In this document: piece after piece, positions 1 through 12,296 of the stretch | Layout: every line of letters begins with the position of its first letter | Position numbering within the stretch: position 1 is the stretch's first letter | Assembly: GCA_964016885.1 (NCBI GenBank) | Contig: OZ024760.1 | Span: forward strand, 21,638,001-21,702,000 | Direction: 5' to 3' | From: Eledone cirrhosa | Taxonomy: Eukaryota | DNA length: 64,000 bases | Position numbers and translations under genes: made by a program | Notes under the pieces: model-generated | What the model was told of the DNA's origin: nothing | Databases searched by the model: none | The model's input: the letters and a program-made list of their open reading frames with translations, nothing else

Positions 1-239
1 AAACACAATTTTCGAGATATGCGACACCACACTCAATAGACTAAAAGAAGACCAGAGCAATTAACATACGTTATAGAGGCCAAACAAACTGCAAACGGCG
101 GTCATAAAGCTATCAGCCACCGGAGCCAAAATAACGAAGCAAGCTAAACAGGTTAAACAAAAGAATTTACCTGGACCTCCTATATATATATATATATATA
201 TATAATATAAGATCAAAAGATGGTTAAAAGAGTTCCAAG

Positions 240-310
240 TATTTTATTATGTGCATTTCAAAAACAAATATCATCGTGAGATGATATCTGCGTTTTCATC
301 AGATAAAATA
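240..310 (-). ncRNA. Minimal type I hammerhead ribozyme motif in a small Penelope/retrozyme-like element
   Basis: Minus strand reads UAUUUUAU CUGAUGA [AAACGCAGAUAUCAUC UCAC GAUGAUAUUUGUUUUU] GAAA UGCAC AUA / AUAAAAUA. This gives an 8-bp helix I, a full core, a long helix II, a very short helix III and an AUA triplet. Confidence 0.7.
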
Positions 311-441
311 GGGATACATGATATGAAGGTTAAAAAACACTTTTGATCTTATATTATTTATACTCCAGTCCTACAAACTGTAGAGTGCTACTTATCCGAT
401 ATTTGCATTGCTTTATTGTGCTACAATAAAACTAACCTCCT

Positions 442-486
<45 letters not shown>

Positions 487-789
487 ATATTAACAAATGG
501 AAACTATATTTATAAAACCATATTTATTTTATTATACATATTTCAAGGGCCACCAATTAAATATAACCTCTACATATATATATACATATATATATATACC
601 AATATATATACATATATATGTATACCTATATTTTTGCAAGTGTAAACTCAGCCGAATCAATCAATATATATATATATATATATATATATACATGTTTGTA
701 TATATATATATATACATGTTTGTATATGTATATATATATATACATATGTGTGTATATATATATTATATATATACATATATACATGTTTG

Positions 790-822
<33 letters not shown>

Positions 823-825
823 GTT

Positions 826-871
<46 letters not shown>

Positions 872-935
872 TATATAAATATATGTAATTATATATAAAT
901 ATATGTAATAATATATATATATATATTTCTTTCTT

Positions 936-978
<43 letters not shown>

Positions 979-1630
979 GTTTGTGTACATATATACAATA
1001 TATATATATATATTTCTCTCTCTCACTATCTATATACATACATGCATATATATACATGTATATATATACATGTATATAGATACATGTATATATATATACA
1101 TGTATATACATACATGTATATATATATACATGTATATACATACATGTATATATATATACATGTATATACATACATGTATATATACATGTATATACATACA
1201 TGTATATATACATGTATATACATACATGTATATATATACATGTATATATATATACATGTATATATATACATGTATATACATACATGTATATATATACATG
1301 TATATATATACATGTATATATACATGTATATACATACATGTATATATATACATGTATATATATATACATGTATATACATACATGTATATACATACATGTA
1401 TATATATACACATGTATATACATACATGTATATATATATACATGTATATATATATATATACATGTATATATATATACATATATATATATATATAATAGAG
1501 GCTATTTACTTCTGAAGTCTCTAGAAGCCATTAGTATCTGCAATACATCAAAGAAAACAGACATTATTAATATTAAATATTTTGTCTGAAGGAACTGTGC
1601 TTCATTCGTTACATGTTGAGTGGAGTTATT

Positions 1631-1679
<49 letters not shown>

Positions 1680-1681
1680 CA

Positions 1682-1718
<37 letters not shown>

Positions 1719-1719
1719 G

Positions 1720-1753
<34 letters not shown>

Positions 1754-1845
1754 TCTCTTTCTCTCTCTCTCTATATATATCTCTCTCTCTCTATATATAT
1801 ATATATACACACATCTCTCTCTCTCTCTATATATATATATATACA

Positions 1846-1877
<32 letters not shown>

Positions 1878-2036
1878 CACATCTCTCTCTCTATATATAT
1901 ATATATACACATGCACACATAAGGATAGCTTTTGGAAGTTAAACATTTGCTTAGAGTCTAGTGAAAATCTGAGCAGATGTCTGTGTGAGAGAGAGAGAGA
2001 GAGGAGGGAGTGAGAGAGAGAGTTGTGAGAGAGAGA

Positions 2037-2070
<34 letters not shown>

Positions 2071-2249
2071 GAGAGAGAGAGAAGTGAGAGAGAGAGAAGT
2101 GAGAGAGAGAGAAGTGAGTGATAGTGAAAGAGAGAAAGTGGGCAGTGAGTTCTGTTGTCTACATGCCTAAGTGTGCCTGTGTGTGATATAGTGCATGTGT
2201 TTGTGCCAATGAGGTGGTGCCTGTGTGTGTGTATCTATGATGGCGTATG

Positions 2250-2550
2250 CGTGTGATGGTGTGCACGTGCTTGTGTGTGATGGTGTGCATGTGTTTGTGT
2301 GTGATGGAGTGCACGAGTTTTTGTGTGATGGTGTGCATGTGTTTGTGTGTGATGGTGTGCATGTGTTTGTGTGTGATGGTGTGCATGTGTTTGTGTTTGA
2401 TGGTGTGCATGTGTTTGTGTGTGATGGAGTGCACGAGTTTGTGTGTGATGGTGTGCATGTGTTTGTGTGTGATGGTGTGCACGAGTTTGTGTGTGACGGA
2501 GTGCATGTGTTTGTGTGTGATGGAGTGCATGTGTTTGTGTGTGATGGTGT
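2250..2550. repeat. 24-bp minisatellite (gtgtgatggtgtgcatgtgtttgt), about 12 copies
   Basis: Direct tandem repeats visible. Confidence 0.9.
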
Positions 2551-2574
2551 GTGTATATGCCTGTCTGTGTGAGG

Positions 2575-3530
2575 TCTAATAAGCGTGGAGGACTGTGTTC
2601 AAAATGGAGAAAAGCTGTTTACACAAATGTTTCTGAGAGTAACAAGCCAATACTTAAGGCTGTATTGAAGGAGGAGACAATATACCAGGGGGTGTCCAGG
2701 AAGGAAGTAACAACAAAAAGTAAGAATGACCTGAATGAAAAGGCCCTTTATAGCATCTTTTTGAAGCAAGGGAACAGGAAGGACATGGAAATCTGCAGGT
2801 ATTGAACTGGTTAAAGAAAGGGAACCTTAAGAATGCTACAGAGGGAATGCTACTGGTTGCATAAGAGCAAACGCTTAAAATGAAGTGGATGAAACACCAT
2901 ATTGACAAGGATGAGGCTAGTCCACTCTGTAGGATCTGTAGAGAGAGAGAGAGGAGACTGTGGCTAACAGCATATTCAAGTGTAAACACTTAACCCAGAC
3001 TCACTATGAAGGATGGAGGTTATGGTATCATAGGAAATTAGATTCACTGGCATTTTTGCAAACTGAAAAAATTACCTCATTCTGAGAAATGGTATGAGCA
3101 TGAGCCTGAGTCAGTGATAGAAAAGGACTGGGTGAAGGTGTTATGGGATTTCAGGATACAAATGGACAAAGAATTAGAAGACAATTAACCTGACCAGGTG
3201 GTTGTTTGATAAGGAAAAATATCTTGCTTCAATACAGAAGTAGCTTGCCCTTTTGACAGAGGCGTGGAAGAAAGGGAGAAGGAGAAAATTAACTGGTACC
3301 CGACCTAAAGTGGGAACTGAAAAGGACTTGGGGTGGTCATGAAATCAAGGTCATCCCCATCATTATAGGAGCATTAGGTATTATCTCGAAGAGTTTCCAA
3401 GGCTGGTTAAAGAGCATTAGCCCAGCACCCTTTCTTGGAACATTCCAAAGGGCATGCCTACTGGGAACAACAAGGACCCTTCGATACATCCTGAATATCT
3501 GAGGCTGCAGGTAGCAGCTTGATGTTCACT
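2575..3530 (+). mobile_element. Degenerate 3' end of an RLE-type non-LTR retrotransposon (R4/Dong-like)
   Basis: Frame-shifted translation gives SPLCRICRE (zinc knuckle), KWYEHEPESVIEKDWVKVLWDFRIQ, PD..VACPFD, VIPIIIGALG and RACLLGT. There are multiple stops and frameshifts. Confidence 0.85.
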
Positions 3531-3579
3531 TGGGCAAATTTTCTGGTTAAATAACATCAATAACTGAGATATCAGAGTA

Positions 3580-3770
3580 ATAATTGTTTCTACTTTTGGC
3601 ACAAGGCCAGCAAATTACCCAGTGCATTACTGGTACTTTATTTTATCGACCCCGTAAGGAGGAAAGGCAAAGTTAACCTTGGCGGGATTTGAACTCAGAC
3701 CATAAAGGGACATAACTATGCTGGAAAGCATGGTGTCCGACCCTCTACCAATATTGCTAATCCTCCATCA
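3580..3770 (-). mobile_element. tRNA-derived SINE with Nin/Deu-like central domain
   Basis: Reverse complement contains a gagttcaaatccc B-box and the ctttgcctttc..cctt.cggggtcgataaaataaagtaccagt core. Many copies occur in the window. Confidence 0.85.
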
Positions 3771-3914
3771 GAGTAATAATAATAATAATACACCCTTTTA
3801 AAGGCATGTCTGAGGAGTCAACCCTCACAGCACCTCCCAGGGAGGCTGGGCAAAGAAGAAGATAATATATGAATTTGTGTTTAATCGTTATTTCATTATT
3901 GTAGTAGTATTAGG

Positions 3915-3952
<38 letters not shown>

Positions 3953-3961
3953 TGGTAGTAC

Positions 3962-3996
<35 letters not shown>

Positions 3997-5419
3997 ATGA
4001 TGGTGATAAATATGCAAATCCTGGTATCTGCTGGAGAATATGAAATATGAAAACAAAAAAACAAAAAAAAAAAATCCCCAGAAAGTACAAATTAATATGT
4101 ACAGCTCTTTAATTTGTACACCTGTGCAGGTGAGAAAATAAAGTATTCTAATTTGTGCACCTGTGCAGGTGACTAAATGAAGTATATAGTGTTACTTTTT
4201 ACATTCAAAGAACATACACATGCATATACACACATGTGAATGTGTGATTATGTGTATGTATATAAGAGAGTGTATGTATGTGTATATATATATAAGTGTG
4301 TGCATGTGTGTGTGCATGTGTGTGTGTATATATAAGAATGTGCCTGTGTGTGTGTGTGTGTGTGTGTATAAATTTAAAAATGTCAAAGATATGAAATTGT
4401 TATTTATTCTTTCACATCTCTGATGTTTCAATACACCGTTGAGTTGAAAATACTTGGAAAGATGTTTACCAAGGATTATCTTCCAATATACACACATATA
4501 TATGTGTTTATTCATATATATGTGCTTATTATGTGTATACATGTTTGTGTATATATTATAGTTAAAACAACAAAATGGTGTTGAAGTGGCGTTGGGTAAA
4601 ATATTACCTCAAAGGATAGAAATCAGTGGCTAGAAGTAAGTTGGATGAAAGAATTGAGTCAACTCATTTTGAGCCGTTGATTTGTGTCATTTGGGGTAAT
4701 ATTTTAGCCAACGCCCCTTCAACGGCATTTTGCTGTTTAACAGCTTCCTTATGCCGAGTTTTCCCATTTTTCTATGGATTCTAATAAACTCATGTCTCAA
4801 ACTCAATGTTCAAGTTAATTTTGTTTATATATATCTATATATATATATATATATATATATGCAAAAGTTTTATTTAAAATTGTTGGGTTACAACGAGTAA
4901 ATATTTTATAACTGATATAAAAGCACTCAACAGTTTTGGAGTAGGTTTACGATATTAAACTGTATTACGATATTAAATTGTATTTCTCTCTCCCATATCT
5001 CCCTCTCTCTCTATCGGTTTTCTTTACATACATCTCTTCATCTTCTTCTTTTTTATTTACATACATCTCTTCATCTTCTTCTTTTCATCTTCGTTTTTCT
5101 TCGTCTTTCTTTCTATATAACTGTCCTAACAGTTTCACTACCAAATCAACTTTTTAAATGGAAGTTGCATTACTCTAAGGTATGTCAAAATTATTTATAA
5201 AACAGCTTATATATTGTATTTTGTCTGAGGAAGGCATACCATATTTTTAATATGATATCCCAGAAATATATATAACGAAATAAATATGGTTTTATAAATA
5301 TAGTTTCCATTTGTTTAATATCGTATATATATATATATATATCATCATCCTCATCGTTAAAGGATGATGATGATATATATATATGTATATACATGTGTGT
5401 ATATATATATATATATATA

Positions 5420-5655
5420 GGAATGAGTAGGACCCCGACGGCTGAGCTCAAGCCGTTTCGACGGCTAATTCTGGACAGAATTAGCCGTCGAAACGGCTTA
5501 AGCTCAGCCGTCGGGGTCCTACTCATTAGCTGTCGAAATGGCTTGAGCTCAGCCGTCGGGGTCCTACTCGTTCCTATTACCCACTCTACTACCCTAAGTA
5601 TTGAGTACTTTGGTGCGTTATGGTCCACCTGGTTCCTTACCACATTTCCTTCGTT
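5420..5655 (+). mobile_element. Small Penelope/retrozyme-like element with a fold-back palindrome and a hammerhead 3' half
   Basis: 51-bp arms (50/51 match) surround a GGAC loop, and the motif GAAAC-GGCT..AGCC-GTC-GGGG is present. The element is inserted in (TA)n. Related copies lie at about 44024-44130, 57329-57410 and 58021-58190. Confidence 0.6.
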
Positions 5656-6339
5656 ATATATATATATATATATATACACATACAGCTTGCACTGTGGTAC
5701 ATTCCCTTCACAGTAGATCCCCCACTGAACCCAATGTTTAACGTTGAGATATTAAGCACATCTTTCTACTCTACCTACCAATGTCCCATTGACACAAACC
5801 AAATACAACACAGTATATCTAGAGAGAGAGAATATTTGTGAAATTACAAGATTTAGTAATATAAGCTATATGAAATATTGTGAAATATGTGATTAGAATT
5901 GCTTTAGGAAAGCCAGTACAATGCAAAATAGAAATAAAGGGGTGAAAACAAAACAAAACAAAATAACATTCTACACTTTTACCTTATATTTCATAATATT
6001 TCGGTGTTAAGATCCCTTTTTCAAAAGAAAGGTGAAATAGACTTTGGTGGTGATAGTAAGCCTTTTTCAAAGATTTACTTGTGAAATAGGTTATAAAACA
6101 GATTTCAGTGTGTTTTTTTTTCTGCTTTACATCCATTTTCGTTGACAATATGGTGGAATAGTGTCTTTTAAGATGTTAGAGCAGTGTTGTTTTTACATCT
6201 AGATGTTTTTAGTGCCACTAATACCGAATTATTCTAATATGTCTTTAGTGTTGTTAATACTAAACTATTCTAAGAAAATTCTATTATGGTGAATACTATC
6301 ACTCTGTGTTAGCTACATGTGGCTAAGTGAAGTTGACCA

Positions 6340-7292
6340 CTGTATGTTGACCACACAGTTTTAAGTGTTGTGGCTATTGAGTGTTGAGTGTATTGACCAC
6401 AGTGTTGAGTGTAGGTCATTGAGTGTTGAGTGTAGTATTGACCACAGTGTTGAGTGTTGGTCAGAGTGTTGAGTGTAGTATTGACCACAGTGTTGAGTGT
6501 TGGTCAGAGTGTTGAGTGTAGTATTGACCACAGTGTTGAGTGTTGGTCAGAGTGTTGAGTGTAGTATTAACCACAGTGTTGAGTGTTGGTCAGAGTGTTG
6601 AGTGTAGTATTGACCACAGTGTTGACTGTTGGTCAGTGTTGAGTGTTGGTTATTGAGTGTTAAGTGTATTGACCAGTGTTGAGTGTTGGTCATTGAGTGT
6701 TGGTCAGAGTGTTGAGTATAATATTGACCACAATGTTAAGTGTTGACCACTGACTATTAAGTGTATTGGTCACTGAGGGTTGAGTGTATTGGTCATTGAG
6801 TGCTAACTGTGTTGGCTACTTACTAAAGTGTCCTGACCACTGAGTGTTAAGTGTTGACCATTGAGTGTTGAGTGTTGGTCAGAGTGTTGGTCACTGAGTG
6901 TTGAGTGTAGTACATGTACTGACCTCAGTGTTGAGTGTATTGGTCACCAAGTGCTAAGTGTGTTGGCTACTTACTAGAGTGTCCTGACCACTGAGTGTTA
7001 AGTGTTGGTCACTGAGTGTTGAGTGTTGTTCACTGAGTGTTGAGTGTTGTTCACTGAGTGTTAAGTGTTGGTCACTGAGTGTTGAGTGTTGGTCAAAGTG
7101 TTAAGTGTTGACCACTGAGTGTTGTGTTGGTCAGAGTGTTAAGTGTTGACCACTGAGTGTTGTGTTAGTCAGAGTGTTAAGTGTTGACCATTGAGTGTTG
7201 AGTGTTGGCCACTAAGTGTTGACCATTGAGTGTTGGCCACTAAGTGTTGACCATTGAGTGTTGTGTCGGCCACTGAGCTAAATATGTTGACC
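6340..7292. repeat. Degenerate minisatellite built of gtgttgagtgttggtca / gaccac units (CAC-rich on the minus strand)
   Basis: Visible tandem short-unit repeats. Confidence 0.85.
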
Positions 7293-7462
7293 AAGGGACA
7301 CAATGCAGTGTTGTAGGACATAAACTGACCTCATCATCGGTTGCTTATCCAATGTCATCAAAACTAATATATACACAACCCTAAAAATAAATGCAACAGG
7401 ATCCTGATCATCTAGTTACCAACATTTCACAAATATTTAACAAATAAAAAAGAATTGTTTTC

Positions 7463-7787
7463 CACAGCCCTTCACTCTACCTGGTAACCAACATATCCCA
7501 GCCCTTCATACTATCTGGTAACACACATATCACAGCCCTTCACTCTACCTGGTAACCAACATATCACAGCCCTTCATACTATCTGGTAACCCAGATATCA
7601 CAGCCATTCACTCTACCTGGTAACCAACACTTCACAGCCCTTCACACTATCTGGCAACCCACATATCACAGCCCTTCACACTATCTGGTAACCCACATAT
7701 CACAGCCCTTCACTCTACCTGGTAACCAACATATCACAGCCCTTCACACTACCTGGTAACCAACACTTCACAGCCCTTCACACTATC
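7463..7787. repeat. 34-bp minisatellite (cacagcccttcactctacctggtaaccaacatat), about 9.5 copies
   Basis: Units start at 7463, 7497, 7531 and onward. Confidence 0.9.
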
Positions 7788-8147
7788 CACAAAAGCTGCT
7801 ATTTAGCAAGGATTTCTGATTTAAGCAGAAGGCCAAAAATCCCTGTAAGGATGAAAGGTAAAGTTATCCTCAACAGGATTTGAAATCAGAACATAAAGGG
7901 AGGTAACTATGCTGCAAAGCATGTCCTACACTACAGATACTATTTCACAATGACACCAGCTACATTAAATTGTGTTTCAAATATATTTAAGATGGAATAT
8001 AAGGATTTTTAATTCAAGCAGAAGGCCATGAAATTTTAACCAGAGCAAAGTTGCTTAAATCAGCCCCAGTACGTGACTGGTATTTTAGTTTAATGGCCCT
8101 GGAAGGATGAAAGACAAAGGTTTCTGAGCATTATAGTTTCTAATATA

Positions 8148-8508
8148 TACAAGGATGGGCTGAAAAGTGTATAGGCTAAATAGGAAGGAGTGATGCTAGA
8201 GCTGTGAAATCTTGCTCTTGTATGCGTTAATTTCAAATCTCCTTATTAATAACTGCATTCTTTTTTTCCAGGAACTATGTTGAAAAACAAACCTCATTTG
8301 GTCATTCCATGAGAGTATCTTGGTCATAGGCTGACTATGAAGGAATGATGCTAGAGCTGTGAAGTCTTGCATGCATTAATTTCAAATCTTCTTATTAACT
8401 TCTTATTAATAACTGCACTTTTCAAGAACTATTTTGAAAAATAAACCTCATTTGGTCATTCCATGAGAGTATCTTGGTTAGCCTATGAACTTTTCAGCTG
8501 ACCTTCAT
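8148..8508. mobile_element. Tc1/mariner-like MITE with about 30-bp TIRs and an internal duplication
   Basis: Left end tacaaggatgggctgaaaagtgtataggctaa matches right end (reverse complement) tatgaaggtcagctgaaaagttcataggctaa. Flanks are TA. Confidence 0.65.
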
Positions 8509-8723
8509 ATATATATATATAAATACATATTAGAATTTACAGAGTTTTATAGAGTGATATATATGTATATATATCATCATCTTCGTTTAACATCTATCTT
8601 CCACGCTAGCATGGGTTAGATGGGTTTGTCTAATTTGAGGCAAGTTGGGTCAGGTGACTGTGTCTCGTTCATATACGACTGCTTCTGGCTGGTTTTCTAC
8701 AGCTAGATGTCCTTCTTAGCGCC

Positions 8724-8761
<38 letters not shown>

Positions 8762-8806
8762 GGTAACCCACATATCACATGGAGGCACATGGCTTAGTGG
8801 TTAGAG

Positions 8807-9100
8807 GGTGGGACGGGAACTGATTCTGGCTTGATTTCTACAGCTGGATGCCCTTCCTAACACCAACCTCATTTACAGTGAGTGCTGGGTGCTTTTTTGC
8901 TGTGGCACCTCCACGACCACTTTACAGTGGAATGATAGGGACCCCAGTCCTATCATCTCATTTCTACAGCTGAGTAAACTGGAGCAATGTGAAATAAAGT
9001 GTCTTGCTCAAGGAAACAACACATCACCTGGTGTGAGAATTGAACTCACAACCTTTCGATTGCAAGGCCAATGCTCTAACCACTAAGCCATGTGCCTTCA
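8807..9100 (-). mobile_element. tRNA-derived CORE-like SINE (family with RTE-type tail)
   Basis: Reverse complement shows a tggcttagtggttagag A-box, a gagttcaattc B-box and the ccttgagcaagacac CORE-like motif. Confidence 0.85.
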
Positions 9101-9104
9101 TATA

Positions 9105-9973
9105 AATATATATATATATAAATATATAAAATATATATATATATATATAAAATATATATATATATATATAAAATATATATATATATATATAAAATATATA
9201 TATATATATATAAAATATATATATATATATATAAAATATATATATATATATATAAAATATATATATATATATATAAAATATATATATATATATATAAAAT
9301 ATATATATATAAAATATATATATATATATATATAAAATATATATATATATATATAAAATATATATATATATATATAAAATATATATATATATATATAAAA
9401 TATATATATATATATATAAAATATATATATATATATATAAAATATATATATATATATATAAAATATATATATATATATATAAAATATATATATATATATA
9501 AAATATATATATATATATATAAAATATATATATATATATATAAAATATATATATATATATAAAATATATATATATAAAATATATATATATATATAAAATA
9601 TATATATATATATAAAATATATATATATATATATAAAATATATATATATATATAAAATATATATATATATATAAAATATATATATATATATAAAATATAT
9701 ATATATATATAAAATATATATATATATATAAAATATATATATATATATATAAAATAAATATATATATATATAAAATATATATATATATATATAAAATATA
9801 TATATATATATATAAAATATATATATATATATAAAATATATATATATATATAAAATATATATATATATATATATAAAATATATATATATATATAAAATAT
9901 ATATATATATATAAAATATATATATATATATAAAATATATATATATATATAAAATATATATATATATATATAT
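9105..9973. repeat. (TA)n-AAAA compound microsatellite
   Basis: Pure AT periodic tract. Confidence 0.95.
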
Positions 9974-10951
9974 AGGAATGGAGTATAATGGCTTCAGTGA
10001 ACCTCCATATATAACTGGTATTTGGTTGATAATCACCATCACCATCCTGTCCAATTTAGAAAGATGTTATGCAGCAAAAACTTGAAATTTAAATTGGATG
10101 GGAAGAAAAAAAGTTGTGATGTTCATTTGTGACCCTAGTGCCAGAGAAGTTGTGTTGTGATTGATGTCTTCTCACAACCCTTTTTTTGGCACAATTTCAA
10201 TAGCTGGAGTCCCTTCCTAACACCAAACCCTTCACAGAGTATTTTTTTTTTTTCAAAACTCGGATGTTATTAAGGATGTTTTTTTAAAACCTGTTTTTTA
10301 TTGTTGGTAAGTGACTGAGGGTACAAGTCTTTTCCCTGGACTGGACACCAGTCCATCACAGACTTAAACCTCCAGCTATTGCTGATACTCATTTTCAGCA
10401 GAGTATAACTGGGGCATCAATCTGAAATGAAGTGTTTTGTTCAAGAACACAACACACAACCCTGTCCAGGGATTGAACTCACAACATTATGATCATAAGT
10501 CCAACACCCTTACCACTAGGCCACACACCTTCACAGAGTGTAGTGGATACATTTTATCGAGATAATTCCAGTTGTCATGGAAGTGTCGGGCCTGTTACCA
10601 CTAAAACTGGGAGGGTTTCTTGAGCAAATTGACCTTGGATTACAAATTGACCTTGGACTACAAATTGACCTTGGACTACAAATTGATCTTGGACTACAAA
10701 AGGTTGCTCTTTTGGGCACTGCACAAATACTCTGGAAAGTACTGTCTATTTAAGGTCCTTGTTGATCAGGGATTTAACAAAGAAGGTGTTACCCTTTACT
10801 ATACTTCACACACACATCCACCACCAACACTGCTGCCACCACCACCACCACCACCAATAATAATAACAATAATAGTGATAATAATCATGATCATTTTAGC
10901 TGTTTAAAAATGTATTTTTTAATTAGTGTTTTAATAACAAAAATATTAGAT

Positions 10952-10993
<42 letters not shown>

Positions 10994-11077
10994 ATAATTA
11001 TGGGGAGAGCATAAAGAGGAACAACAATAGCGACTATACTAGTAGTAGTAGTAGTAGTAGTAGCAGTAGTAGTAGTG

Positions 11078-11111
<34 letters not shown>

Positions 11112-11224
11112 TGGTAGTAGTAGTGGTAGTTATAATTCTAGTCAAGTTCTGGTATAATGTAGTAGTAGTACATAATAATAGTAGTAGTACTAGTAGTAGT
11201 AGTAGTAGTAAGCCTGGGAATAAT

Positions 11225-11270
<46 letters not shown>

Positions 11271-11759
11271 GTTGTTGTTGTTTATGGTGGTGGTAGTGTT
11301 GGTGCTAGTGTGGTAATAGTGCTAGTAGTAATAGTAGTAGTAGTAGTAGTAGTAATAGTAGTAAATCTATGCATAAAATTCAATAATGAATTTATATAAA
11401 TTTACTTCCCTTTATTGTCGTTTAGGGACTTTATTCCCTCCTGGTTATATCTGAATATTTATATATATTTATATTTGTTTTTCTGCAGAGATGGGCATGG
11501 TCAGGTTAAGTGTCTTGCTTGTATATATTATATTTATAGAACAGATGGCTCCTGATTTGGTAAAGGGTGGGGAAGGGGCTGGGGGAGGGGTGGGGAGTGG
11601 GCAGGTTCCATCACCTACACTAGTTCATTGCACTTCTCTATGATGATGGTGGTGGTGGTGGTGGTGATGATGATGATGGTGATGATGACGATGATGGTGA
11701 TGATGATGATGATGATGACGATGATGATGATGATGATGACGATGATGATGGTGGTGGTG

Positions 11760-12296
11760 ATTATTTCTACTTTTTGGCACAAGGCCAGCAATTATCACAG
11801 TGTATTACTGGTACTTTATTTTACCCCCCCCCCCCCCGTATGGATGAAAGGCAAAAGTTAACCTCGGTGGGATTTGAACTCAGAATGGCAAGGGCCGTAA
11901 CTCTATGCGTCAAAGCATGGTGTCCGACCCTCTACCGATACTGGCCATGGTGTCCGACCCTCTACCGATACTGCCATGGTGTCCGACCCTCTACCGATAC
12001 TGCCATGGTGTCCGACCCTCTACCGATACTGCCAATCCACCATAATGATGGTTTCTACTATAGGCACGAAGCCAACAATTTCGAGGGAAAAAGGGAAAGT
12101 TGATTAAATCGACCCCAGTGAATTACTGGTACTGGTACTTTATTTTATCGACCCCGTAAGGATGAAAGGGAAAGTTAACCTCGGCGGGAGGTTAATAATG
12201 GTTTCTTATATAGGCACAAGGCCAGCAATTTTGGGGTAGGGGAAAGTCGATTAAATCAACCCCAGGGCGTGACTGGTACATTATTTTATCAACCCT
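11760..12296 (-). mobile_element. Cluster of Nin/Deu-like SINE copies, one with a 4x internal ~29-bp duplication (11916-12033)
   Basis: SINE motifs plus repeated catggtgtccgaccctctaccgatactgc. Confidence 0.8.

Noticed and set aside
497-2013. Many Y/I/H/T/C-rich ORFs here and throughout the window (e.g. 9098-10054, 34499-36120, 47433-47936)
   Set aside because: These are translations of (TA)n, (CA)n and TACATG microsatellites with no protein-like complexity.
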